Of a DNA stretch of 64,000 nt, positions 12,086 through 24,800 are shown one piece after another. The stretch spans positions 67,208,001 through 67,272,000 of the forward strand of contig NC_043001.1 of assembly GCF_006345805.1 (NCBI RefSeq), given 5' to 3'. The first letter of the stretch is position 1; the number at the start of each line of letters is the position of its first letter. The stretch comes from Octopus sinensis (lineage: Eukaryota). Both the position numbers and the translations under genes were made by a program. The notes under the pieces were generated by a model. The model saw only the letters and a list, made by a program, of their open reading frames with translations. It ran no database searches and had not been told where the DNA came from.

Positions 12086-13205
12086 CCATCCGATCATGGC
12101 CGTTCGCCAGCCTCATCTGGCACCTGTGTCGGTGGCACATAAAAACACCTTCCGAAGACCCGGCAAGACTAGTCAGTCCACCTGTGCATACCTTCCTTCT
12201 TGTGACACTTGTGAAGACCGGTTGAGGCAAGTGAAAATCAAATCAAATCAAATCAAAATAGACAAAATAGATGAACATCAATGGAATTTGTATCTTGTGG
12301 TACCAGTGCCTGTGGCACACAAGAAATCCATCAGTGCCGTAGTCAGTGCGGTGGGCACATGACAAACACCATCCGATCGTGGCCGTTCGCCAGCCTCATC
12401 TAGCACCTGTGTCGGTGGCACATAAAAACACCATCCGAAGACCCGGCAAGACTAGTCAGGCCATAACCCATGGCCTCTACCTGGGACGTAGTCAGTCCAC
12501 CTGTGCATACCTTCCTTCTTGTGACACTTGTGAAGACCTGTTGAGGCAAGTGAAAATCAAAATCAAAATCAAAATCAAAACAAATCAAAATAGATGAACA
12601 TCAATGGAATTTGTATCTTTGTGGTACCAGTGCCGGTGGCACGTGGCACATAAGAAAACCATCCGAACGTGGCCGTAGCCAGTACCGCATCGACTGGCCT
12701 CCGTGCTGTGGGCACGTAACAAGCACCATCCGATCGTGGCCGTTTGCCAGCCTCATCTGGCACCTGTGTCGGTGGCACATAAAAACACCATCCGAGCGTG
12801 GCCGTCTGCCAGCCTCATCTGGCACCTGTGTCGGTGGCACATAAAAACACCATCCGAGCGTGGCCGTCTGCCAGCCTCGTCTGGCACCTGTGTCGGTGGC
12901 ACATAAAAACACCATCCGAGCGTGGCCGTCTGCCAGCCTCGTCTGGCACCTGTGTCGGTGGCACATAAAAACACCATCCGAGCGTGGCCGTTTGCCAGCC
13001 TCGTCTGGCACCTGTGTCTGTGGCACATAAAATCACCCACTACACTCTCGGAGTGGTTGGCGTTAGGAAGGGCATCCAGCTGTAGAAACACTGCCAGATC
13101 TGACTGGACTGGTGCAGCTTTCGGGCTCCCCAGACCCCAGTTGAACCGTCCAACCCATGCTAGCATGGAAAGCGGACGTTAAATGATGATGATGATGATG
13201 ATGAT
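12086..13205 (+). mobile_element. Rearranged RTE LINE 3' UTR with an internal duplication of about 280 bp, a 62-bp tandem array and a (GAT)n tail
   Basis: GAAGACCCGGCAAG matches the ORF2 terminus (EKTRQ) of the 37.5 kb copy; 12086-12330 is repeated at 12369-12650; ends in the common CCCATGCTAGCATGGAAAGCGGACGTTAAATGATGATG tail. Confidence 0.8.
12722..13032. repeat. 62-bp GC-rich tandem repeat, 5 near-identical copies
   Basis: GGTGGCAC recurs at 12771, 12833, 12895 and 12957; no unique spacers. Confidence 0.95.
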
Positions 13206-13267
13206 ATATATATATACATATATATACACACGTATATCTATCTATTTATTTATTTATATATATATAT

Positions 13268-13450
13268 ATGATGGCACGTAAAAAGCACCCACTACACTCA
13301 CGGAGTGGTTGGCGTTAGGAAGGGCATCCAGCCGTAGAAACATTGCCAGATCAGACTGGGTCTGGTGCAGCCTTCTGGCTTCCCAGATCCCAGTTGAACC
13401 GTCCATCCCATGCTAGCATGGAAAGCAGATGCTAAATGATGATGATGATG
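13268..13450 (+). mobile_element. RTE 3'-tail fragment (similar tails near 8990-9085, 15455-15580, 24370-24545, 24965-25135, 30060-30243)
   Basis: GTGGTTGGCGTTAGGAAGGGCATCCAGC..CCATGCTAGCATGGAAA..(GAT)n is shared among the copies and with the 3' end of the 37 kb RTE. Confidence 0.8.
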
Positions 13451-13552
13451 ATATATATATATATATATACATATCAATATATATATATATGTATATACTT
13501 ACATTCATATGTACATATATATATGTATATATTTACATGCATATGTACCTGG

Positions 13553-14056
13553 CTTCTCATCCCTAAGGTATTTTTGATATTATTATTATCATTATTATTC
13601 TTCAGGTCACTGCATGGAATCAAACTTGGGATCTTAGGGTAAGTAGCCCATGCTCTTAACCACTATGTCATATGCCCATGGGCAATTATTGAGTGAATTT
13701 TAGGTTTTGTAAACCTAATATTTTCCTATCCTTCCTTAATACTGGTTCCCATACTCATATCTGCACTCGGTCTGCTTAGGAGGTTGTTGTGTCCTAGTAT
13801 ATGTGCTGCTTCTTTTAGTTTTTGTATTTTCCAGTGGTGTTCTGTATCTACTATTTTAACTTCATCCTATAATAATAATAATATCGAAAAATACCTTAGG
13901 AATGAGAACCCAAGTTTGAAATTTCCCCAAGACACCTGATGAAGGCTGGAGGGTATATCAGCCAAAACGTTGTGTTAACAACGTTCAAGATGAAGTCAAA
14001 TATCCGTCAAATGTAAATAATGTACATAATTCCTCATCTCTTAAATACAGAACTGT
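13553..14056. mobile_element. 5'-truncated Poseidon-like Penelope element: EN C-terminus and tRNA-headed pLTR on minus, joined to an inverted pLTR with HHR on plus
   Basis: Minus 13866-13690 reads DEVKIVDTEHHWKIQKLKEAAHILGHNNLLSRP (resembles a PLE GIY-YIG C-terminus), followed by the tRNA-like head at 13676-13605; plus 13870-14056 is the same pLTR family as 11690-11838. Confidence 0.75.
13931..13976 (+). ncRNA. Minimal type I hammerhead ribozyme motif with GAAA changed to AAAA (probably inactive)
   Basis: Stem I GACAC/GTGTT, core CTGATGA, stem II GGCTG/CAGCC, palindromic AACGTT in place of helix III. The copy fragment near 57.9 kb keeps CAGCCGAAACG. Confidence 0.75.
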
Positions 14057-14160
14057 ACTTTTTTAATGATGTTCATCCTTGAGGTAATGAGCATGGGTGT
14101 CTTTAGTGTCAGGAGCTGACTACTAGAGCTATAATTCCATTATTATCCAACAGCCAAACT

Positions 14161-15150
14161 ATGTTTTCACATACCAAACTATTTAGTTATCATGCTGTAT
14201 GGAATTTTACAAAATTTCTTGTTTAAATTTTTGTTACTTCTGTACCAGCAACTGTATGTTATGGGATAAATGTTAGCCTCTAGACAAATCAGAACATCTA
14301 ACAATGGATATTATATTAATGTCATGACACTTGCTGAAACTACTGTTATAACTCCAATATCATTAAATGACAAAGTTATATACATTTAAAGTGTATCAAT
14401 ATAACAGTTTGGTTATCACACTGTACAGTGTTTCATGGAATTCACTGGAGTGTTACCTCTCATATACTGGGTAACATTAGAAGTATACTTTAATCCCCAT
14501 AGGTTATCAGGAAATATAGCAAACATACACTAATTATAAATTCATTTTTATCAAATTTCTAGCGGCTTATACAAAATGGTGAAACAAATACTAATTTTCA
14601 AAAGAAAAAATATTTTAAAATAAAATCAAATAAAATAGATTTCTCATTTGCATAACTCCTCTCATAACTACTCAGTCATTTACTACTATACCTCCTCTGT
14701 TTCTATGATTCTTTCTGTCTTACTGTGTGTGTGAGTGCACAATACTTCCTTATTCATTGCCTGTTATCAAGCCCAGTATGTGCAGCCCTCTTGTGCCAGT
14801 TAACTTTCTCTATCTCTTCCTCAATACAATGTAAAAGTGTGACAGGAGAAAGTAACCAGCTTCCATTATATCAGCAAGCCTTTAATTTTTTCTGGGTTAA
14901 TAAAATGAAGTACCAATCAAGTCCTAGGCTCAATGTAATCAACTAACCTGGTCTCATGTCAAAATTTGAAACAATTATTATATAAAGAACCTGTTACGTT
15001 TATAACTTGTTCTGCTGTAATAGCAATGTAGCAGTAATATTTCTTCATGTTTTCACATACCAAACTATTTAGTTATCATGCTGTATAGAATTTTACGTAA
15101 TTTCTTGTTCAAATTTTTGTTACTCCTATACCAGCAACTGTACGTTATGG
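14161..15150 (+). repeat. 104-bp dispersed direct repeat (14161-14264 and 15047-15150)
   Basis: ATGTTTTCACATACCAAACTATTTAGTTATCATGCTGTAT..GTTATGG occurs twice, 886 bp apart, at roughly 90% identity. Confidence 0.9.
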
Positions 15151-15748
15151 AATATTAGTAGTTCTAAACTACTTCCAGCCAATCAAAGTTTACAATAACA
15201 ATACTATATTGACAGTGAAAGATTTATGCAAACATAGAGAAGTTCTTCCCAGAATATAAAAAAGTTTTACTCAGACTGAAGCAGATTTAGGACCTATTTG
15301 ATTTGTTCCAAGATTGTTTTGAGGCCTTTCCAACTGCAGTTTAACAATTACAATCTGGTAAATACAAGTAATTGCTAATCAAACTTTAACCTGGCACTCT
15401 AATCCGGTAATTAATCATTAAACTATGACTATAATGAATTTTCTTGAAGTGGCTGGCATTAGGAAGGGCATCCAGCTGTAGTGACCATGCCAAATTAGAA
15501 TGGAACCTGGTATGGATTACTGGTTTTCAGTCAAACCATCCAACCCATGCCAGCATGGAAAATGGGCTATGATGATGATATCTTTCATAATCAGGTGTGG
15601 TTATGTGGTAAAAAGCTTGCTTCCCAACCACGTAGTTCCAGGTTCAGTTCCACCGCATGGTACCTTGAGCAAGTGCCTTTTATTACAGCCCTGGGCTGAC
15701 CAAAGTCTTGTGAGTGGATTTGATTGATGGAAACTGAAAGAAGCCAGT

Positions 15749-15792
<44 letters not shown>

Positions 15793-18700
15793 ATATATAT
15801 GCATGTACATACACACACACACAACCGGTTTGTTCTCCCTCCCCACTGCCACTTGACAACCAGTGTTGATGTTTTTACATCCCTGTAATTTAACAGTTCA
15901 GCAAAAGTGATTGATGGAATAAGTACCAGGCTTAAAAAAATAAATACTGAGGTTGATCATTCAACAAAAAATTCTTCAGGGAGGTGCCCCAGCATGGCTG
16001 CAGTCTAATGATTGAAACAAGTAAAAGACACCATTGATTTTAGAGATGTTCATATGTGAGTCAACAGAATGTTGATTAACTTGCTGAAGGATTAACTTAG
16101 TTGTAAATAAACAATATGGAGTTGTGATTCAGCACTGTAAGAAGTAATGATATACTTTATTACTTTATTAAATTGTGGTTCTGAGATAAAATATCTTCAT
16201 GGGCCTTGAGGAATTAATAAGAGGCCACTATGATGTGTCTTCCCCTCAATCACAACATAAAGAATTTGATAACTATGGAATGTTATGTTAGTGAGGGTTT
16301 CTTACTAAGGGTAAAGAAATATATTTTTAGGAAATGAATTGTGTGTGTATGTTTATATATATATATTTGTGTTTCCTTATCTTGATATTGCATGATAGTT
16401 ATGAGTTTCATGATCATACAAGCATTATCATACAAGCATTTCCAATATTCTGTAAAAACAGATAGAGCCATGGGGAAATATTACTTTACATGGAAACAGT
16501 TGAGAGTTGGCAAAAGGAAAGGCATCCAACCATAAAAAAGCTGTCTCAATAAACTGTCTAGGCATTAAAAATGACAATGATATTATATAACAGACAGACG
16601 GACAAAAAGAGAGACAGAGGAAGAGAGACAGAGATACAACTGTACTTGTATATTACTCAGTCTGGGGTGCCGTGCATTGATAGTTAAGAAACTAATTTCT
16701 TAACCCAATATCCCTCCCTGCCCTAAGAAATGTAATGAAAATGTTGACACACAATATTTTCTTTTTGACAAAACTATTCTGATGTAAAACATTTAAGCCC
16801 TGACAAAAGATGATGTATACACTAAATTGCTAAGTACAAGTGAACTTTAAATTATCTTTACTTGTATCAGTTAGCTTTAAATGGTAAACTTTAAATAATG
16901 TTTACCTATATCTCTTAGTTATTAAAAAATTATTGGCATTTAAAGAACAAAAGAAGGCAATGTGTACATAATTGGTTGTTTGAAGTATGTTGTTTGTTAA
17001 TGATAAATTAGATCAGTAACTGAGTTATTTGACACAAGCAGAAAAAAATATTGATATTTCTTAATGTTTTATCAGATGAAATAGAAAATTTCTGATATTT
17101 TCCCTTCCACTTGTTATTAAGGTGTTGAAAATTTGAATCAAAAGTCATAAATTCACACCCTACCTCTTCTACATTGCTCAGACAATTGTTTATATATGTT
17201 GCAAACATGTTATAATGTAAAGCATTACTCCTTGTACCAAAACTACTGTGCAACAATTTCCCTTCTTCCTCCACCTCTTCCTCACTGCAGGATCCAATGA
17301 GATGAAGGCTCTTATCTTACTCAAATGTCTCACTTTTGGTATGGTTTCTATGCCTGAATGCCCTTTCTAACGCTAACTACTTTACAGAGTGTATTGAGTG
17401 CATTTTTGTTTTCCAACACTAGAGAGGTTCTCGGTATGAAGACAAAAGTTCTTATGATAAAAATATCATAATGTACTTGTATTAACATTTAGAACTTTAA
17501 AAAATTGAAAGAATTCATTGAACATGACATCAGGGAGTCTTTAAAACAACTTGCTGATAAAGAAAGTATCAAAGTAATGAATATGTAAACCTTTACAATG
17601 CTATGTAAATCATATAGGTTTTTGTTTTAAAGAAGACTTAAGAGGAGGTAAGTGACCTAGTGGTTAATGGAGGTGTTGGACTCGTGATTGTAAGCTCAGG
17701 GGTCAATTCTTGGCCCAGACAGTGCATTGAGTTCTTGAGCAAGGCACTTCATTTCATATCGATTCAATTTGCTCAGCTAAAAATGAAGCATGAGCCAACC
17801 ACTGGTGCAGCCCACTCTCTTTCTCTCTGGCTATCACTTCCTGGATGTGCTACTGAGTTGAGGGAGGTTTGGGCCAAGTGATAACATAAGCATTTAAAAT
17901 ATACACATATTTTAACCTTGAGCCAACAAGAGGCTTCTATAGGGTCAAATCTTAGCCTACGGTCTTCGATAAGGGACAGACACTCTGGATATTGTAGTCA
18001 ACCTAAATTAGAGACAGGATGGTTACTTTTGTAACATTCTTGATCATAGATCTGTTTGACCAGGGTTGACCTGGGGTTAGACAATAACACATTTATCTAT
18101 AATCCCTTGGCTGTTCTTTTCTTGTCTCTTCACCACATTACTTGTAGACATCAACTCCAACTTAAGAGCACAGTATGTCTTACATTATAATTCTTGTGGC
18201 TATGTCTTGAACCAGCAGTACAGAGTACCATCCTTTGACAAGTCTTATTTTTAGTTTTGTAGAATGTCTGCAGCTCCCTCTTCACCTAGCAAGCCAGGTG
18301 GTAATGGTGGAGGAAGGGGTGCAGTTTAGTTGCTGACCACCCAACCATGAAACAAATAGTATTAGGTTACATGGTATCAAAAGCAGAATTTTCGTGACCT
18401 GACCAAATAACAGTAGCTGCAATGCAATAACAACCATCTGTTTATCATAAAATAAAAACTAGCTTAACCCTTTAGTTACCAAATTCCTGTTAAAATACAC
18501 TGCATTTGTTTTAATTAATTTTGGTAATAATGAAGAATTTAGTAAAATAACTTTGTGATTATTAAACTGGAGTTTGGAACATAAATTAATACGAAATTAT
18601 TGTGGAAGGTTTTAATTTAAAAAACAGAAAGTTTGTATCATAAACCCATGGGTAGTCTTGGGCAGTATGATATCAAAAGAAGAAGTACGGATGTTGCTGT

Positions 18701-18898
18701 TTTTATCCTCAGCAGAGAATTTGAGACACAAGTTTCTCTTCTCTCCAGAGTCACAGGATTCTAGCTCTTTCATATTTCATTAGTACCAACATACATTCTT
18801 CTTTATAGTTTTATGTACAAGCTGTCAGAAAAGGGACTAAAATATACAGTCAGTTTGATATTTTAACATCTTTGATACTCAATTACTGCAAAAACATC

Positions 18899-18901
18899 AA
18901 T

Positions 18902-18950
<49 letters not shown>
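18899..18950. repeat. (TAC)n microsatellite
   Basis: Direct reading. Confidence 0.95.
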
Positions 18951-19271
18951 GTTGCTATTGTTGTTGTTGAAGCTGTTAATGTTTGCGTGCCTAAGAATTG
19001 TTTTCTCAAAACTTGAGGGGAAAATTCCAGACATGAGAGATGTGCAAAATGAAAGAGGAAAAAAAAAAATTCTGAATGTTCTCACAAGATAGCATAACAT
19101 GAAAATATATCACATTTGATACAGTTATTGATTTGTGTGCACACATGTGAAGGAGGTGAAGTTTTTAAACAATACTTTTATTTTTTTAATATCTGTAAAA
19201 TGAAGTCAGTTATGAGCAGCTGCAACCTGTGGAGGTGTAAATAATTATCATATATGCATAAATGTAATAGA

Positions 19272-19304
<33 letters not shown>

Positions 19305-20067
19305 CACACACACTCATATGTATGTGTAATAGTGTGTGTGAGGTGTGTGTGTGTATATATATTTATACACACACGTGTGTGTCTGTATTTATATATACAC
19401 ATAGAGACACACAGTGTGTGTATTTATATATATGCATATGAAAAAATATGACTACATGCACACATATTTATAATAAAATGGATCGTCTATAACAATATGA
19501 AGCACAAACAATCATGGAGGAATGAGGTTATGCTTTCAACCTGGTAGGATTTAAGGGGTGTTGTCTTTTATGATCCTCTCCCCATGGGCAGAGCCATCAA
19601 TTAGATCTGTACTGTGACCAACTGGACAATTTAAATCCAGTGATCCACCTGAAGTGTCCAGTACTTGCTAATCATAAGGGAATTCATTGTCTTTCATCAC
19701 AACAATGCTAGAACACACACTTCTTTGAAGACATGGCAGAAGTTATTGGGGCTTGGGTGAGAAAGTTTTTCTGCATCCTCTAGATTTACCTAACCTTGCA
19801 CCCTTCACATTTTCAACTGTTTTGGTTTCTTCAAAACTCATTGAATGTGTAGACCTTCATCTCTAAAGAGGATATAAAAATTTGCCTGGAAAACTTTTTC
19901 ACCAGTAAAAACAGGAAATCCTTTGAGTAGCAAATAATGGGTCTGCCCATAAATTGGCAGAGGATACTGGAATAAAATGCTAATTATATCATTGGTTGAA
20001 TAAATAGCTTCATGTTTAAAACTTGAGTCTTATTTTGAACAGACATTTTGGCCAACCCAATATAGAA

Positions 20068-20098
<31 letters not shown>

Positions 20099-20950
20099 TG
20101 GACCACTGAACTTTACAAGTTTTTTTCATTCTCTCTGTTTATTTTCTCTTATTCCATTCTATTGAAGAGCGTAGGCGGGAAACATAAAAAACTTTAAAAT
20201 TTTTCCTGAGCGTCAAACTAATACAATTGCTTGTTCATACATCTGTCTTTTGTTTTTCTATAAACTTCAACTATATATATATATGAGAGAGAGAGAGAGA
20301 AGCATGAACATCACAATTACTATTAGAACATAATACTGGTAATATATGGATACAAGAAACTATGCTAAACAAAAACCTCAACAATTAACAATTAGCTTGA
20401 ACTGAATGAGTACCCATGGAAAGCCCAACAATAATTGACCCAATTCCCTCACACACAGGAACACAAATTACAGCCCCAAAGTTATAGTTTAGAAATGCAG
20501 TAATTTAAAAATCACACACAGGAATTTGACATGCCAATTTATATATCTCTCTTTCAATATTTAAAGTTTATGCAAAATAGTTTTTAACTCAAAAAATCAA
20601 GACTAATTAAATATTTCAAATGTAAAGTTCCAATATCTTTATCATTTTAAATATTCAGTGTTCTATCTACATAGCTATCACCTACAACACACTGCTTTTT
20701 CTACAAATGTGTGTGTGTTTGTGTAGGTGTACTAGCAAACATATACTTTATCAATAGATACATATGTATAACAACATGTGTGTTTGAATATATGCATATT
20801 GATGCAACACAGTAATCTTATATATAAATGGCAATTTGTGTCTGTCTGTTACCATCTTACTGCCTGTACCAGTGAACCAATCTTCATGAAACTTTGCATA
20901 CATGTCAAACTAACATCCAGTTCAATTGTAGGCTAATTGGTATTTAATAG

Positions 20951-21883
20951 TGTTACGAATACCTGCAGTCGCTCAAACTCTTCGGAAACCCGGGACCCTA
21001 CCAAGTCGAGCGATGACGATTGACCGGCTCGATCGAACGGGAAATTCGCCACACGGAAAGAGAGAACTCGGTGGGGAAAGGTGGCAGTGAACTCGGCAAC
21101 CGGCGAACAGAGATAACAACAACAACAGCAGGAAGAGACACAGAGAGACACAGCGGAAAGCAGTTTGGCTTACGTTTAACAGCAGTTTGGCTTACGTTTA
21201 ACAGCAGTTTATAACAATTACGACATCAAATACAATGTGATACATAGCAGATACATCAAAGAAAATACAAGCAACAAAATCAAGAAAACATTTAAATCAA
21301 AGCATGCAGATACAATATACAGTTCAGAGACAAATCAGCTCAGATCAATTAATGTTCACGATACAGTTCAAAGTTCAAATAATGTCTACATTAAAGTCTT
21401 TCTCTTTCTTTTTCACATCAATTCTTTTTAGTTCAACAATTCTTTTCTTTAACACAACTCTTTTTAACACAATTCACATCAAAACATAAACAACACATAC
21501 CGTTACATTTTCTAGTTACAACTCCTACTACGAATAGCCAAATGCCTTCATGCCGTAGTCCCTCTCTCTCACTCTTCTTGATCCTATCTGCCTGTCTTCC
21601 TCTACGCTGTCATCCCTCTCGCTTGTCTGTCTTTCACATTCACTGTCTCTGGCAGAACTCCTGTCACCAGCTCACTCTGTTCTCCGACTGACCAACAGAC
21701 TCACAGCTCCCGCTTTTTAAAGAGTAGCTTCCTCGACCCTTCTTTGACCGGCACAGGGTCGAAGGTCTCTTCAAAAGTCATCACTCTCTCCAGAAAATGG
21801 CAGAACAAAGGATTTACTCGCGTGCTTGACGCCAGCTCACAAGAAGTAGGTCGCAAGCACTGTCCCCGAATTGACCCCCAACA
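20951..21883 (-). mobile_element. Solo LTR-like element, CpG-rich
   Basis: Starts TGTTACG and ends CCCCAACA (TG..CA on both strands; minus strand starts TGTTGGGG); CpG-rich against the flanks; internal 22-bp tandem AGCAGTTTGGCTTACGTTTAAC; no matching TSD seen. Confidence 0.55.
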
Positions 21884-24800
21884 TCAATATCATTGTTGAG
21901 CAATTTTTACAATAGAATGTCTTATATAAATTTTTGTTTATTCCATGTCAGACCATACCTTTCCTGACAGATAGGCCTCTTGATCAGGACAAATTTGTGC
22001 AATTTTTCTTCAAAAAAATTTCATAACGATCTTTTTTGTTTTTAAACTATTTACATGTTTGTTCAACTGTTTCATATGACTTTATTCATTAAAACTTATT
22101 AAAACTTCAGAAGTTCTTACAACATTGGTCGTCGTAATGCTTTGCTTTTCTCCTAGTAATGATTTTGCTTTCACTTTGTGCTAGGTAGCAGTCAAGCAGA
22201 AAATGCTAGCTTCCAAATCCTGTTTTCTGATTAAGTAAAATTCTCATCAATTAAAATTAAACGCCAGTAACATTTTACTGCAATTTTTCTTGAACAAATA
22301 ATTAACAAAATCAGATTTAATGTGGAATATTATTTCACTATTCTAAATTTGAAAATTGTGACGTAATTTTAAAATTATCCAATGTGACAGCAACAAGGAA
22401 GACCCTCAAAATTGATAATAACCAACCATCAATCAATTGGTTCATAGTCACACATCGTCAATCTTCTCATCCTTCCAACTTTCCAGCAATTCAACTTTGA
22501 TATTACCTTATCATTACAATCAATCAATTTTATGATTCAACTGTATTATTTGCCAGTATTTGTAAATCTTTCCCATATTACTGTGTATTTGTAAATCTAT
22601 TTGTAATTAAAACAAGAATTGAACAGGGAATGGGATAGGACACGAAACAGTGTAATGGGAACAGAAACTGGAAATAACCTCTGCTTTTCCAGGTATTACC
22701 AAGTAATTCAGCTGGTTCTTAATATATGTTACTGCGAGCTTCATCACCTAGTTATGAATTTAATTAGTTATAAATAACAATTATATATAATTGAGAGAGC
22801 ATTGAGCAGAAAATACCTTGTAGTTGATATATGACTGCCATCTTTGCAGATGTCCATCCCAACAGGTGCAGGTATATTTTTAAGTAAGGGAAATGACTTA
22901 TTTGTTTTATTTCAATGGTTATTTTCACTTTCTTAGAAATGTTTTTATTCATAACTGGAATGATATCATTCCAAAATCAGGGATGTTTATTAAACATGTG
23001 ATACTTCTTTGTTTGATGATTCATCAATAGAAATAAATAGAGTTTATTACCAATTACATTTTCAACCAAACTGGTGAAACTGGGAGTTACAGATACTATA
23101 TAAATTATTGTAATATATCAACACATATATTTACTCCATGCAAGAATAGAATCCTCTTTCTTATTCTATGTTACCATCTGTTGATAAAAACTTTATGATA
23201 CATATATTTCTGTATGTATCTGTATGTGCATACATAAGTAATTGTATATATATATATATATATATCATGTACAGTGTGAAGTGCATTTCAAACACTCGAA
23301 TACTTCAAGAATTGTTATTCTAAAATATTCTTGCCAAGGTGAGCCTAGTCAAGCCAACTTAATTTATTCAACTCAGCTTTCATAAAGACATTTTTCTTTT
23401 ATCTCTATAAGGAAAAAAAGTTACCCAAAGTATATAGAAATTATATAATTATCACGAAGTGAGCAGAGTTAAAGATCAAATGAATTTATATGGAGGCGAA
23501 AACAAAAAACACCATTTATTTAGTAGACATATTCAGAATGTTTCTTCATATATGACATTTTGTAGTTTCTTTGTTTGCCATAATATTTAAAACATTTAAA
23601 ATGTACTCTAAATTCTGGCTTTATATCTCTCAATGACTTCAACATGCAGGAGTTTGTGCATATAAATGCATATAGGAGTTGCTGTGTATACAGATGAGTA
23701 ATGTTAGTAGAGTTTTTACTTAGTATTGTATCGGTATAGTCTTTGGTTAGTATTGGTATAATCTGTAGTTATTATTGGTATAGTCAGAGTAGAACAGGCA
23801 TATATTACACACCCACCCCCTCTCAAACACCCCCATTTCCTCTCTCTCCCCAGAACCACTTCCATTCCCCATTAACTTACTCCAGTCATGCTCTCTCCTC
23901 TCTACTATACTCCATCCATCCTCACACTTCTTTCATCCCCTACCTCTACCAATGCCCTCACATATCTAACATAACCACCCACTGAACCACTCCTATATCT
24001 CCCACCTTCAATTACTACAACCATCTCTATACTATCTAATTGGCTCCCCTCCGCATTCTTATGAAATTTTATCCTCTGTATATCTCCCACCACTGAGCCC
24101 GGAGGGTATGTCCGGTCATATCCACTACCATCTCTCACTTTTACCATCTCTGTCTTTCTCTCTAAATCTTTTTTTCCTTTCTTTTCCAACTGGAGTATCT
24201 TTGTATCTCTTCCACGGCATGGCATTTATCTCTATCCCTTTGTCATTCTTTTAACCCTTCATCAACTGGAACAAAGCTACATCCCTCAGTACTACCCCCC
24301 CTCCCCCCAGGTGAGGGAACTCTGTTTTGTTTCGTAAAGGATTGATGATCCCAACAGATCTGGTGCCATGAAAAAAAAAAGCACCCAGTACACTCTGTAA
24401 GGTGGCTGACATCCAGTCAAAGAAACCATGCCAAAATGGACAATAGAGCTTTGCAGAACTCTCCAGCTTGCCATCTCTTGTCAAACTGTCCAAGCCATGA
24501 CAGCATGAAAAGCAGATGTTAAATGATGATAATAATGATGATGATAGTCTTGAGTTAACAGTACACAGTCTCTGGAAAAGATGATTACTGGAGATGAAGT
24601 AGAGTCAGATAAGGAAACAAGTGTGAGAATGAAGAGGAGAAGTGAGAGAGTTAATAGAGGTGGGGGAGAGATGGGCATTAATAATTGGTGAGGAGGAGGA
24701 GAGTGAATGAGTGGCAGGTAGATGTACTGGCAAGAGAGCACAAGTAATGGGAAGTCAGGATAGCAATGATGAAAGAGTGAAATCAATGAAGGAATGACCT

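Noticed and set aside
11746-12362. Long Y/I/H/T-rich ORFs here and at 35642-35981 and 49726-50295
   Set aside because: They are translations of microsatellites that lack stop codons in some frames.
12722-13032. 62-bp repeats as a CRISPR array
   Set aside because: Units are contiguous with no unique spacers, there are no cas genes, and the context is a eukaryotic LINE 3' UTR. No hammerhead or HDV core was found in the unit either.
17167-17284. Possible minus-strand exon (EEEVEEEGKLLHSSFG..NVEE) with AG and GT boundaries
   Set aside because: Weak polypyrimidine tract, no recognisable domain and no support for linkage to the Ig exon.
23905-24225. ORF with YPPGSVVGDI..VVVIEGG resembling an L2/CR1 ORF1 esterase
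   Set aside because: Similarity is short and in a purine-biased degraded region; it cannot be supported without a profile search.
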